DNA of 64,000 bases from a virus. The DNA lies in the IMG/VR virus record IMGVR_UViG_3300042545_001167, positions 1 to 64,000 of that record. One strand, 5' to 3'. A model generated the notes under the pieces. That model was not told the origin of the DNA. It worked only from the letters and a program-made list of their open reading frames with translations, and ran no database searches. The translations under genes were made by a program, and so were the position numbers. Shown piece by piece: positions 46,944-57,151 of the stretch (position 1 is the stretch's first letter; each line of letters opens with the position of its first letter).

Positions 46944-49900
46944 TTAAATTAGATTCTCTGGAGTTCCTGGAATATTGAGACGTGGATCATTACTTGTAAC
47001 ATCCGTACCAGATCTTTCAATTGCACTTGCAGGAGTAGTTACCTTAGTAGTAATACTCTCCTGAAGAGTATTATAGACACGAATTGGTGTACCAATTGTC
47101 TTATAGTATCCCGCATACTTAACACCTCCATCATAATATACTGCACCATAATATGCACGACCATCGACATATCCAGTTTGCTTGAGACCAACCAAATCAG
47201 TAACTTGAATAATATTATTTGGAGATATTGCCGGATCTAAAGGATCTCTTATTACTTCAAAGACTGGTGTAAACTTTGCATTTACTCCGGTTTCTGATGG
47301 AAGAGTGATTCTTGGGTAACTTGTAAAAGGTGTGCCAGAATCATCAACAGTCACTGTATTAATAACACCAAAGGCATTGCAGGTATAACTCAATTTTGCA
47401 CCATTATCTGGTGTAATTTTAAGTTGATCGCCACCACAATTATAATTGATTCCACCATTATCAACAAGTACTTCTTTCAATTTAACAATAACTGGATATC
47501 CAATTGTAGGATCTTGTGGTGCAAGATATCCGTTACCAGGTTCATCTATAATAATTTTTTCTACTACGCCCTTACCACTAATTTTCTTTGGACAGGGTGG
47601 AGAAATTAAAACCGCAGAAACTCCAATCGGATTTTCTGTCCAAGATTTTGATGAACTATCTCTTACAGATATATCCTTTTCAATAACCAAGGAAGTTCCT
47701 GTTGGATTATTTGAAAACTTATTGGTTCTATCTTTGATATTCGTCAGTTCAATTACAATATCATATGTTCCTGCAGTTATATTTGTTTGAATTGTTGCAG
47801 GATCTCCATAAAAATCTGTGGTCTTTTGAACTTGTTTATCACCAATTTTAAGAACACCAATATTATCTGCCTGAAATCTAACTCTGTAATCCCCATCTTC
47901 AGGAAATTTTACGTTTTTCCAAGTTAAAGTAAACGTTCCATTTATTCTTTCGTCAGGTTCGGATATACTCTTAAATACTTTTGGAGAGACTGAATACTTA
48001 TTCATAAAGTCTCCCCAGCCCTTACCTGTTGAACCACCTGTGGTTTGAATGTGATGAAAAATTTCTGGACCCTGATATATTACACCATCCTTTGATGTAC
48101 CAGAAGAAACAGAACTTGACGTAACTGAATTTTTTGCAGTTTGTTCTATTTTAGAAATTTCAAGTTTGATATTTTCATCAGTTCCAGCAGCATCAAATAG
48201 AGATAACTTATTATTGAAAACTTTTGGAGTTCCTGCACCAACTGTAGCACCTAATATTTGTATTGGTCCATAAATTTTACCTCCAGTAAATTTACCAGAC
48301 TTTTTAATGGTCTCTTCTTTTGGGATACTAAAATATGCAATAGAATCTCTTTGAGATATACCAGTTCTAGTAAACATTAACTTACCACCGTCTGAAGGAA
48401 TAATAACTTCCTTCGCAGCAAGACCAGCGATGTAAGGTGCGTCATTGACATCCATCACAAAAGAAATTTCGCCAGATCCAAATCCAGATACATCCAAATA
48501 ATAATCTTTTCCTTTCTGAATAAACTTTGCCTTTATATTAGAAGATGTAGATGCCAGAGGAGATTGCCAGTCAAGAGTACTAAAGATTTTTTGATTTATT
48601 GTTGAGAAAGATTCGGAAGAATAATTTTCAACCTCAACTTTTATCGTATGATTACCTTCTTCCAATAAAACTTTTTCCGAACCACTAGTTTTCCCAACTC
48701 TTCTTGATAGATCCAGAACTAAATTTCCATCAACATAAATTTTTGCAATATCATCAACCTCTCCACGAACCTTATAATATCCTCTAAAAGGAGCATTGAC
48801 ATTCCAAGAATTTGAATAAGATATTCCACCACTATCACTTCCAGGAGTGTCTAATGGTTTTACTGGAGATAGTGCATATCTATTCAAAAATTTAGACCAT
48901 TTGGGAAAACGAACTGGATACCAATTTTCCTTTGCACTTGGAAATCTTGTAGACCAAATAGGATTTGGTGGACATCTACCTTCTTGTACAGGAGGTTTTT
49001 CTTGAGGAACAGGTTGTGGTGGAGCATCAATTGTTACTGAAATGCCCATTGGATTTTGATTCCAAGATTTTGATGATACAACTGTACCTGTAGCAATATT
49101 TGAAACTGTAGATTTTTGTGGTTCTACGTTATCAATTTCAAACTTAATATTTGCATCATCTCCTTCAGCATCTCTGAGTTCAAGTTTTTTTGAACCAGAT
49201 AGTTTTGGAGGAAGACCTGTTGGATTTTGGTTGATTATTTCAATAGGACCATAAGTTTTACCTCCAGCAAATTTACCAGACTTTTTAATGGTCTCTTCTT
49301 TTTCATATGCATTTGGAAAATATTGTCCGTTGATACTTACAGTTGACTTTCTTTTTAATGAAATAGTACCACTTTCAGAAGGAACTCTAATTTCTGATGC
49401 TGCTATTCCTGCAATATAGTAGGCATCATTCACATCCATTTTAAATGTTATATTTACTACACCTGTTCCACCAACTTGAATATAATATTGACCTTTCTTC
49501 TCAATAATTTTTGCTTCTGGTAGTACATAATCTTTAGGATTCTGAGTAGTAATTGATGCAACACTTGCGGTAGATGCTGACGTATTAATTGAAGTTGTGG
49601 TTGCATTTCCTTTCACATTTGTAATAAGAAACTTGATATTTTCATCAGTTCCAGCAGCATCATATAAAGCAATTTTGTTGCTATTTACAGTTGGTTTTGC
49701 AACTCCAATAGTTGCTCCTAATATTTGTATTGGACCATAAGATTGACCTCCAGTAACATTAATAGTCTTCTTAATGTTTTCTACTTTAGGTGTGCCAGTT
49801 GCCCTTGTAAATTTTACTTTGCCCTTATCCGAAGGAATAATAATTTCTCTCGCAGCAAGTCCTGCAATATAAGATGAATCATCAATTTCCATTAATAAAT

Positions 49901-51047
49901 CTACTTCACCAGTGCCACTTCCAGTAACATCGAGATAAAAATCATTTCCTCTCTTTGCAAATTTAGCATTTATTTTAGAAGTGACTGAAGTTGTTGTTGA
50001 AGTATTTGTTGTTATTGGAATATTCAATAAGTCAATTCTAATAAGATAAACACCAGATTTTAATGTTTTTTGAATTGGCTGCACCGAATCATTAAATCCT
50101 TTTAAATCGGAGATTAAATCACCATCAATATACAGTTTTGCAAGATTATCACATAGTCCTCTAAAAACATATTCGCCATCATACGGAAAATTTTCTTCCC
50201 ATTCAAATGTAAATATTCTTCCTGCAAAATCACTACCAGCAACATTTGAAGGAGCAACTGGAGAAATTGCATAAGAATTCATAAAGTCATTCCAAGTAGG
50301 AAATGTCACCTCATAAGAAGAAAAATCTTTGCCTAAAGAACTAATTCTTACTGGTAGTTTTTTTCTTGTTGTCCAAAAAGGATTTTTATATTTTGTAAGT
50401 GACTCTTGATACTTTTCAATCTCATTTTGAATGGGATCTTTTGCCGTGCTTGTGTATGAATCTGGGTCCCAATCACCTAAATTTTCTCCATTGGGTCCGT
50501 ATTTTATACCATATCCAACATCAGTATCCTCACATAATTCATATTCTTCAAAGTCTTCTTCTCCCTCAAAGGTTTCATATTCTTCTACAGTTTCGCCAAG
50601 AATTGCTCTTAATACTGAACCAGTTCCATATTGACATTCATCTTTTGCTTGAGTAATTGGAGGGAACTGATATCCAAATCCACCGCTTACCAAATCTACT
50701 GCAAGAATCGCACCATCTTCTCCTACAACTGGATTTCCTACAGCACCTACTCCACCGCCACCAAAAATTTGAATCTTTGGTGGACCGCATTCTTTTATTT
50801 CTTGATATCCACCACAAGTGCTTGTTGTAGATACAATGTCATTTGTAGTTAATAAATTAACTTCATTAATAGTTAAGTACTTAATATTATTGCTACCATC
50901 CCTAAAAACAAATACTGTTCCAGGATTTTTGTACGCATAATCATTTGCTTGACAGACTGTAATGCCATCAACAAACCCAAGAGATGGATCAACATATCCA
51001 ACTCTAATAGAATCTATACTAATTGGTGTATTAAAACTATTTGGCAT
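46944..51047 (-). CDS. PA14-domain-containing virion structural protein with internal repeats
   Basis: Three PA14-like motifs (FPYDGEYVFRGLCDNLAKLYIDG; APFRGYYKVRGEVDDIAKIYVDG; FPEDGDYRVRFQADNIGVLKIG), GGFGYQFPP/PGNGY repeats. Confidence 0.65.
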   Translation of the reverse strand: MPNSFNTPISIDSIRVGYVDPSLGFVDGITVCQANDYAYKNPGTVFVFRDGSNNIKYLTINEVNLLTTNDIVSTTSTCGGYQEIKECGPPKIQIFGGGGVGAVGNPVVGEDGAILAVDLVSGGFGYQFPPITQAKDECQYGTGSVLRAILGETVEEYETFEGEEDFEEYELCEDTDVGYGIKYGPNGENLGDWDPDSYTSTAKDPIQNEIEKYQESLTKYKNPFWTTRKKLPVRISSLGKDFSSYEVTFPTWNDFMNSYAISPVAPSNVAGSDFAGRIFTFEWEENFPYDGEYVFRGLCDNLAKLYIDGDLISDLKGFNDSVQPIQKTLKSGVYLIRIDLLNIPITTNTSTTTSVTSKINAKFAKRGNDFYLDVTGSGTGEVDLLMEIDDSSYIAGLAAREIIIPSDKGKVKFTRATGTPKVENIKKTINVTGGQSYGPIQILGATIGVAKPTVNSNKIALYDAAGTDENIKFLITNVKGNATTTSINTSASTASVASITTQNPKDYVLPEAKIIEKKGQYYIQVGGTGVVNITFKMDVNDAYYIAGIAASEIRVPSESGTISLKRKSTVSINGQYFPNAYEKEETIKKSGKFAGGKTYGPIEIINQNPTGLPPKLSGSKKLELRDAEGDDANIKFEIDNVEPQKSTVSNIATGTVVSSKSWNQNPMGISVTIDAPPQPVPQEKPPVQEGRCPPNPIWSTRFPSAKENWYPVRFPKWSKFLNRYALSPVKPLDTPGSDSGGISYSNSWNVNAPFRGYYKVRGEVDDIAKIYVDGNLVLDLSRRVGKTSGSEKVLLEEGNHTIKVEVENYSSESFSTINQKIFSTLDWQSPLASTSSNIKAKFIQKGKDYYLDVSGFGSGEISFVMDVNDAPYIAGLAAKEVIIPSDGGKLMFTRTGISQRDSIAYFSIPKEETIKKSGKFTGGKIYGPIQILGATVGAGTPKVFNNKLSLFDAAGTDENIKLEISKIEQTAKNSVTSSSVSSGTSKDGVIYQGPEIFHHIQTTGGSTGKGWGDFMNKYSVSPKVFKSISEPDERINGTFTLTWKNVKFPEDGDYRVRFQADNIGVLKIGDKQVQKTTDFYGDPATIQTNITAGTYDIVIELTNIKDRTNKFSNNPTGTSLVIEKDISVRDSSSKSWTENPIGVSAVLISPPCPKKISGKGVVEKIIIDEPGNGYLAPQDPTIGYPVIVKLKEVLVDNGGINYNCGGDQLKITPDNGAKLSYTCNAFGVINTVTVDDSGTPFTSYPRITLPSETGVNAKFTPVFEVIRDPLDPAISPNNIIQVTDLVGLKQTGYVDGRAYYGAVYYDGGVKYAGYYKTIGTPIRVYNTLQESITTKVTTPASAIERSGTDVTSNDPRLNIPGTPENLI

Positions 51048-51095
51048 TTTTAGTAGTATTATATTTCAAAGTCTTTCCATTAACCTTATTTATCA

Positions 51096-52802
51096 TCAAC
51101 ATCCTAATTGGACATTTACATCCTGAACATTTGTGGATGGAGTTGCAAATTGAACATTACCAATTTTTGGTGCCTTAAAGGAAATTTGTGCCTGATAGTC
51201 AACATTCGGGAATTTGGGAATCTGACAATCTTTAGCGTCACCACTTCCAATTTGAAGTGTATAATAGGATGATGCTGCACAATTTGGAGTTATATCACAC
51301 CCAAAAATAGAGATACTTATATTTTGAAAACTTAGTGCGGAGGTTAAACTTGAACTTATAGAATTAATCAATTCATTAACGCTACCTATTACCGATGATA
51401 CTTCGTTTAGTTCCCCAACAATATCGCCCAAGAATCCATTAATGCTTGCTAAGACATCATCAATTCCCTGATTCATAGCATCCATATTTGCAGAAATTAC
51501 CTTACCAGTTAAAGATTCAACAGAACATATAGGTGTTGTAGGTGAAGAAGTTTCTGGTGGAATTGTTTTTGTATCGAGTTCGCCATCAAGAATTCCTTGG
51601 ATTAATGCACAAAGGTTATTAGTAATTTTTTGATATAGGCAGTATATTAATTGAGTAATCTTTTCTTTGATGTCTAAGTACCTATGTCTCTGATTTGGAT
51701 ACATCAAACTGACAGTTGGAGACATTGCTTTATTAATTTTCTTCAAAACATATTCCATAATTTTATCAAAGATTGTTTTCATATACTTTGCAATTTCGCA
51801 AGCAGCATTTGAAATTAATGTTTGAATTTGTGAAAGGATATCAGTAGCAGCATCGATATAACTTACTAAAGCATTTAATTTTTTATTAATATCATTTGTT
51901 AGATTTTCAATCACAACTTGCATTGCTTTTAATGCAGAATTTGTAACATCACAAGGCGACATTAGAACAACCTTTCTATGATAAAGATCATTCTTCTTTA
52001 CGTCAGCAACACTTTGTTGATGAGGATTATCGGGTTGCTCTATTGTTGCTCCAGGTCTTGCTGAAGATGTTGAAGAGTTTGCCTGCTCACAACGATTTTT
52101 GATTCCGTTTTGAACCGCATTCTTGACAAACTCATCAAAAGCATTACCAGTTAAATTTCTTGCGTTTGCTTCCGCAGATGCACTTTGAATATCTTGCAAC
52201 TGTGCTTTCGTTGCTTTTCCATACGGAAGTCCATACTTATCCAGAGTAACCCCAGATACTATGGGCGAACATTCCTGTGATTGTTCAGAACCTTTTGGTT
52301 TAGTAATTGCAAGATTTTTATCTGCAACTGAAATGTTTGGATCAGGATTAGGATCATCTACACGATTATATCCAGTTAAAGGAACAAATCCCTTATCGCC
52401 AGTTTTAACACCAAGTTGAGTTTGGGCGTTGTTACCAAGAACTCCCATAATAACTGGAACTTGTTGGTCAGGTCCATCCAAGAAAAATCCAAATACAAAA
52501 TTTCCTTGTCTTAATGCAGAAGTTGCAGAAGAACCTGACTGACCACCACCAGCAGTCACAGGATACATTACCTGTGCCCAAGGAAGTTGTTCCGAAGGAA
52601 GTATGGTACTCTCTTGGTCGTGAAGACCAATGATTCTTACTTTATACCTACGACCCCACCCAACAATTTGATCTTTATTTTCAAACTTTCCAGGAAGAAT
52701 ATTATCTCTCCAAGTGGAATCCTCAGCAATTTGGCCAATCCACCAATTGAAATCTGCACCCAAAAATCCAGAATTAAATAATGTTCCTTCAGACATAATC
52801 AA
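51096..52802 (-). CDS. gp5: Baseplate hub gp5 N-terminal (OB-fold) protein with helical extension, no T4 lysozyme domain evident
   Basis: WWIGQI, GRRYKVRIIGLH, LPWAQV, G.FVFGFFLDG...QVPVIMG. Confidence 0.8.
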   Translation of the reverse strand: MIMSEGTLFNSGFLGADFNWWIGQIAEDSTWRDNILPGKFENKDQIVGWGRRYKVRIIGLHDQESTILPSEQLPWAQVMYPVTAGGGQSGSSATSALRQGNFVFGFFLDGPDQQVPVIMGVLGNNAQTQLGVKTGDKGFVPLTGYNRVDDPNPDPNISVADKNLAITKPKGSEQSQECSPIVSGVTLDKYGLPYGKATKAQLQDIQSASAEANARNLTGNAFDEFVKNAVQNGIKNRCEQANSSTSSARPGATIEQPDNPHQQSVADVKKNDLYHRKVVLMSPCDVTNSALKAMQVVIENLTNDINKKLNALVSYIDAATDILSQIQTLISNAACEIAKYMKTIFDKIMEYVLKKINKAMSPTVSLMYPNQRHRYLDIKEKITQLIYCLYQKITNNLCALIQGILDGELDTKTIPPETSSPTTPICSVESLTGKVISANMDAMNQGIDDVLASINGFLGDIVGELNEVSSVIGSVNELINSISSSLTSALSFQNISISIFGCDITPNCAASSYYTLQIGSGDAKDCQIPKFPNVDYQAQISFKAPKIGNVQFATPSTNVQDVNVQLGC

Positions 52803-53011
52803 TAATCATATACTCTACATTCCAGTGCTTCAGGATTTGAATCACAATAAAGTTCCAAAGAAGATGGATCGTGATGATCTTCTGGATGGTTCTTAACCCA
52901 CTTTTCTAATGCTTCCAATTCCTCTTCAGTATGACGACGAGATTGTGGAGAAATTAAAGGATCGTCAAGAAGTTTTTTATCATACTCTATATGCTTTTCT
53001 ACACTATCCAT
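52799..53011 (-). CDS. cp12: CP12 Calvin-cycle regulator (auxiliary metabolic gene)
   Basis: EEL core and C-terminal LELYCDSNPEALECRVYD signature. Confidence 0.88.
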   Translation of the reverse strand: MDSVEKHIEYDKKLLDDPLISPQSRRHTEEELEALEKWVKNHPEDHHDPSSLELYCDSNPEALECRVYDY

Positions 53012-53045
53012 TTTAGTGATTGTATTGTACTACTATTTAACAAAC

Positions 53046-54395
53046 TTAAATTGCATTATAAGTTGGAGATCCCTTTTTACCTACAGAATCCCTTACTAAT
53101 GTAAGTTTTGTATACCCACCCTGAGCCTTATTAATATAATGACATAAATCTGCAATAAGATATGAACCACTATGAAGAGTTCCTAACTCTTGTCCAGGAA
53201 CACCAGCATCAATGAAAACCAAATCTCCTGCGTGCAAACTAAAATCAGCAACTATTGTAATCGTTGTTCTTGTACTAAACAACTGATTATATCTCATTGT
53301 CGATTGATTCAAGATATTTTTGGGGTCAAAGTTTTTTAATTTTGATTTTTCTATTTGCTGTTTTGTATCACCTGTAGGAAGAGCACCAGTATCAATCAAC
53401 ATATATTGAGTTCTTGTAAAATTGGTTTTAAACTCTGGATTAAACTTTGGAAGTTCTTTCCCAGCAAGTTTAAGATTTCCTTCAGTAATCTCAGTTTTTG
53501 GTAACACTACCTCATAGTAACAGTTAAATGGATCAAACAGTATTGTTTTTGTTGAGTATGTTCCTATTTCAAGTTTTGTTTGAACATTTCCACTTACGTC
53601 ATCAACATTATGCTCCAATATTTTTGCACTATATCCAGGTGGAATATTTTGCCCAGAACCATCTGGAGTCTGATTGTAAATTAAACTTTTAATGTCCTTT
53701 TTATTACCAGTTTTTGAATCTGTAGTAGATAAAAGATTATCAACAGATTTGAATTTAAATCCATCAGATGTCTCATAGAAAAAATAACCTGCAGTATTTC
53801 CTGGTTGAATTCCTTTTGGTACTGCTTTTTTTGACAACCAGATGGCAGCATAAAAAGGTTTCTTATTATTGCCTATAAAATTATAAGTATTATTAGTTTC
53901 TTCAATATCAATATTTTTTTGAGTGTTCAAATATTTTGAATCAGTCAAAATTCTTGAAATATGATCAGATATTTTTCCATCAAATCTAGTATTAATTCTT
54001 ATTTGATGATTTAAGATTCCTTCTTTAGAAATTAAATCAAGTCCTACAAAAGACTTTGTGGTGTCTTGTTTTACTGGGGTTATTTTATTAACATACAAAG
54101 TTAGTTTTAATTCAACATTATTAGCATCTTTTATTGCCAAAGATACTTTTTCTTGTCCAACAATAGGCAATCCCTCAAGAATTGTCTTTTGTTTGCCATC
54201 CTTTTCAATAGATGTACCAGCATCAACATACATTACAGATGCTCTGATCGTTTCCTGCAAGACACTTTCATAGTAGTAGATGTCAGTCCAAACATCTCTA
54301 ATATCTGCATTTGTTTTTTGATCATTTGAAATCACATTGATGGTTGGAACATCAATACTTCTAACGTCTCTTGTAGTTAATACTTGATTATTCAT
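53046..54395 (-). CDS. Baseplate hub protein (gp27-like)
   Basis: IYYYESVL, LPIVGQEKV, YFFYET.DGFKFKSVD, L.AGD.V, SG.YLIADLCH, L.LVRDS. Confidence 0.65.
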   Translation of the reverse strand: MNNQVLTTRDVRSIDVPTINVISNDQKTNADIRDVWTDIYYYESVLQETIRASVMYVDAGTSIEKDGKQKTILEGLPIVGQEKVSLAIKDANNVELKLTLYVNKITPVKQDTTKSFVGLDLISKEGILNHQIRINTRFDGKISDHISRILTDSKYLNTQKNIDIEETNNTYNFIGNNKKPFYAAIWLSKKAVPKGIQPGNTAGYFFYETSDGFKFKSVDNLLSTTDSKTGNKKDIKSLIYNQTPDGSGQNIPPGYSAKILEHNVDDVSGNVQTKLEIGTYSTKTILFDPFNCYYEVVLPKTEITEGNLKLAGKELPKFNPEFKTNFTRTQYMLIDTGALPTGDTKQQIEKSKLKNFDPKNILNQSTMRYNQLFSTRTTITIVADFSLHAGDLVFIDAGVPGQELGTLHSGSYLIADLCHYINKAQGGYTKLTLVRDSVGKKGSPTYNAI

Positions 54396-54417
54396 AAGAC
54401 TTTATTTCCTACACTAT

Positions 54418-57147
54418 TTAATGGCCCATATAAGTTGAATCATAATCAGAATCTACTGCAGAAGACCCTCCTGGCAGCATTCCACCACCAACAGGAACTG
54501 GTACAGGAACATATGATACTTGTGGTGCAGGAACTTTGACTTTAATTCTTTGTCTTCCACCTGCCTCATATCCTGCATAGAACTGAAGAATACTCATCAG
54601 TTGTTTTGCTGAATTTTTTCTTTGTGCAACACTTTCAGTTTGGTTGATTATATCAAAGAAATCAATTCCAAAAGCATCTACAGAATCTTTATCAATAATA
54701 TATTCGCCGGGGTGTGTTCTTACAATTCCACCCTTTCCAGTCGAACCACCACCAAAGAATGCTACGTGGACATGATTGTAGTGTGTGCTAGCAGCAATTG
54801 GAGGAACTTTCTTTCCATCCTTTATACTAAATCCAAGTGGAGTATAAAAAATTTCTTTTGCTGTGGCACCATATCTCTTGATTAGTTCTTTAGCCAGAGA
54901 AAGTTGTTGTGGTGTTCCATTACCAACACTGTCATTTGAAAAATCCATTGCTCTTCCATCATAATGATAACTATCCGGATTATCTTTCCTTACATGAGAA
55001 TATAAAGGAACTCCCATACTTTCAGCAAGACTTTTTACTACAGAAAGATTTCCTGCACCAGCACCAAGAGCAACACCGGTTGGAATATTATAACCACTCT
55101 TAGTTTTATATTTTTCCAAACTAGCAAGATATTCTCTGTGTATTCTTGGACCTTCTGTATTTTGAATATATTCTGCAGGTCTTTCCCATTTTCTCATAAA
55201 CCAATCTGCTGCTTCTTGTGGAGAAGAAAATTTTGTAGAGAGATATTGTTGTCCAGGTTCACCCGGTTCTCTCAGTGCATAATCTATTTGCCCCTTCCAG
55301 TTTGTTGCATAATCAGGAACTGCCTTTAGGAAAGCATCTTTTCTTCCACCACTTGAATATTGGAATAGACCAACTCCAGGTCCTCCAGCTTCAGAAACTC
55401 CAGGTCTAAATCCACTTTCTCTGGATATGTTTGCCATAAGACCTAATGCATGAGTGTCACTCATTCCCTTTGAGAGAAGGTATTGATATATTTCGCCCTG
55501 AAGTCCTTCTGGAGAATATTGTCCACCAACATCTGGAGTGGTAGATGGAACATTTTCTTTCTTTTCACCTTCAGCAGGTTTTAGCATCATCTGCTTCATC
55601 AAATCTTGGATACTTCCTTCAAGTTGTGATGAAATATTATCTTGCAGAGACTTGGCAATTACTTGAGTTAAGTCTTCACCCCGTAAAAACATATCGGCAT
55701 TTACTTCACCACCACTAGCAAATGCACCACCTCTCAATACACCAGAACTGAATGTCATATTCATCCAGGCATTAAGTCCTTGTGCAGCAATACTATAGTC
55801 TAATGGTGTTGGTTTTTGACCAACTAATGCCTTGTCCCTGAGAGATAATAGTGCTCCAAAGAATGGTGCATTCTTAATTTTTTCATTGGATTTTTTAATA
55901 TATCCAAGAGGATTTACTTGCTTATTTTTATCTTTACCTTGAGGAGATGGAAAAACTTTTTCAACATTTTTTTGACCACCAATGTCAGCACCTGGTTTTA
56001 ATTTTGTTGGTTGTGCAGTTACTCCTCTCTTTTTAGTTTTGGAAACTCCTCTTTTTGCAGGACCACCAGTAAACTTTCCACCTCTTGTTATTGCTCCACC
56101 TTGAGCACGACCTTGAACTTTTGGTTTTTGTGGGGTTTTATTTCCAAAAAAAGTATCGTATAAAAGTCCACCTAACCAATCACCAACACTACCACCGGCA
56201 ATACCACCAACAATATTTCCAAAGAAAGGAATTGCAGAACCAAGTGTTACACCAAGAACCGCTCCAAGTGTAGCACCAATAGATTTAAATGCTGCTCTTC
56301 CAAGTGGTTCTTTAAAAATAAAATAATTTATTGCAAAATCAATAAGACCTCCAATTATAGGAATTGCTTTTAAAAGTGGTCTTGCGGCCCTGAGTGCTAC
56401 TTTTGCACCGCCCCTACCAAGTGTTCTTATTAATGTTCTTTTGCCGAATCTTGATGCTGTTTGACCAGATCCTGATGAGGGAACACCGCCAGATGGTTCA
56501 GTTTTAGGCCTATCAAATGAGGGTAATTGTGTTGCGGCAATTGCAGCAATAATAACTGCATTAACAGCATTATTAAATCCATCAAAAATTTTAACTGCAT
56601 TATCCCCACCCACGGTCTTTAGAAATCCACGAGTTTGTTTTGATGCTTCATCTGTTTTTTGAATAAAAGTTCCCAGTGCATCAATCAATCCTACAGAAAA
56701 ATCTGCAGCAAATTCAACACCAGTACTAACTACTTTTACTACTCCAAGTAACTTTGGAAGATTTGGAAGCATCTTAACAACAAATCTTCCAAGTAAAACT
56801 GCGAAGATAATATTTTTAATTCTTTCTAAAAATCCCAATTTGGGAACCCCAGGAACTTTAACTTTTTCTGTTCCTGGTTGTTCTTTTTTTGTTTCAAGTT
56901 CTGCTTCTTTTTTTGAAAATTTATCCCTCTCTTCTTGTTTTCTTTTTTTGGTTATTTCTACTTGCTTTAATAAAGTAGAACTTTTGATCAAGTTTTTTAC
57001 TTCTATAACTTGAGTTTTAATAACTACCAAATCACCTTTTTGAGGTCCAATATTGTTTGATACACTAATTTTTTTAATTGCAAAGGAGGAACCACCTAGA
57101 AGTTTTGTTGGATTGATTTTTGCAGGTGCTAGTGCTTTTGGTTCCAT
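54418..57147 (-). CDS. Tape-measure-like tail protein with phage tail lysozyme and Zn-peptidase-like domains
   Basis: Helical/Gly-Ala hydrophobic N half; GLMANISRESG, GVGLFQY, QIDYAL, WERP (Phage_lysozyme2-like); SYHYDGRAMDF...HYNHVHV (M15/LAS-type). Confidence 0.65.
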   Translation of the reverse strand: MEPKALAPAKINPTKLLGGSSFAIKKISVSNNIGPQKGDLVVIKTQVIEVKNLIKSSTLLKQVEITKKRKQEERDKFSKKEAELETKKEQPGTEKVKVPGVPKLGFLERIKNIIFAVLLGRFVVKMLPNLPKLLGVVKVVSTGVEFAADFSVGLIDALGTFIQKTDEASKQTRGFLKTVGGDNAVKIFDGFNNAVNAVIIAAIAATQLPSFDRPKTEPSGGVPSSGSGQTASRFGKRTLIRTLGRGGAKVALRAARPLLKAIPIIGGLIDFAINYFIFKEPLGRAAFKSIGATLGAVLGVTLGSAIPFFGNIVGGIAGGSVGDWLGGLLYDTFFGNKTPQKPKVQGRAQGGAITRGGKFTGGPAKRGVSKTKKRGVTAQPTKLKPGADIGGQKNVEKVFPSPQGKDKNKQVNPLGYIKKSNEKIKNAPFFGALLSLRDKALVGQKPTPLDYSIAAQGLNAWMNMTFSSGVLRGGAFASGGEVNADMFLRGEDLTQVIAKSLQDNISSQLEGSIQDLMKQMMLKPAEGEKKENVPSTTPDVGGQYSPEGLQGEIYQYLLSKGMSDTHALGLMANISRESGFRPGVSEAGGPGVGLFQYSSGGRKDAFLKAVPDYATNWKGQIDYALREPGEPGQQYLSTKFSSPQEAADWFMRKWERPAEYIQNTEGPRIHREYLASLEKYKTKSGYNIPTGVALGAGAGNLSVVKSLAESMGVPLYSHVRKDNPDSYHYDGRAMDFSNDSVGNGTPQQLSLAKELIKRYGATAKEIFYTPLGFSIKDGKKVPPIAASTHYNHVHVAFFGGGSTGKGGIVRTHPGEYIIDKDSVDAFGIDFFDIINQTESVAQRKNSAKQLMSILQFYAGYEAGGRQRIKVKVPAPQVSYVPVPVPVGGGMLPGGSSAVDSDYDSTYMGH

Positions 57148-57151
57148 TTAC

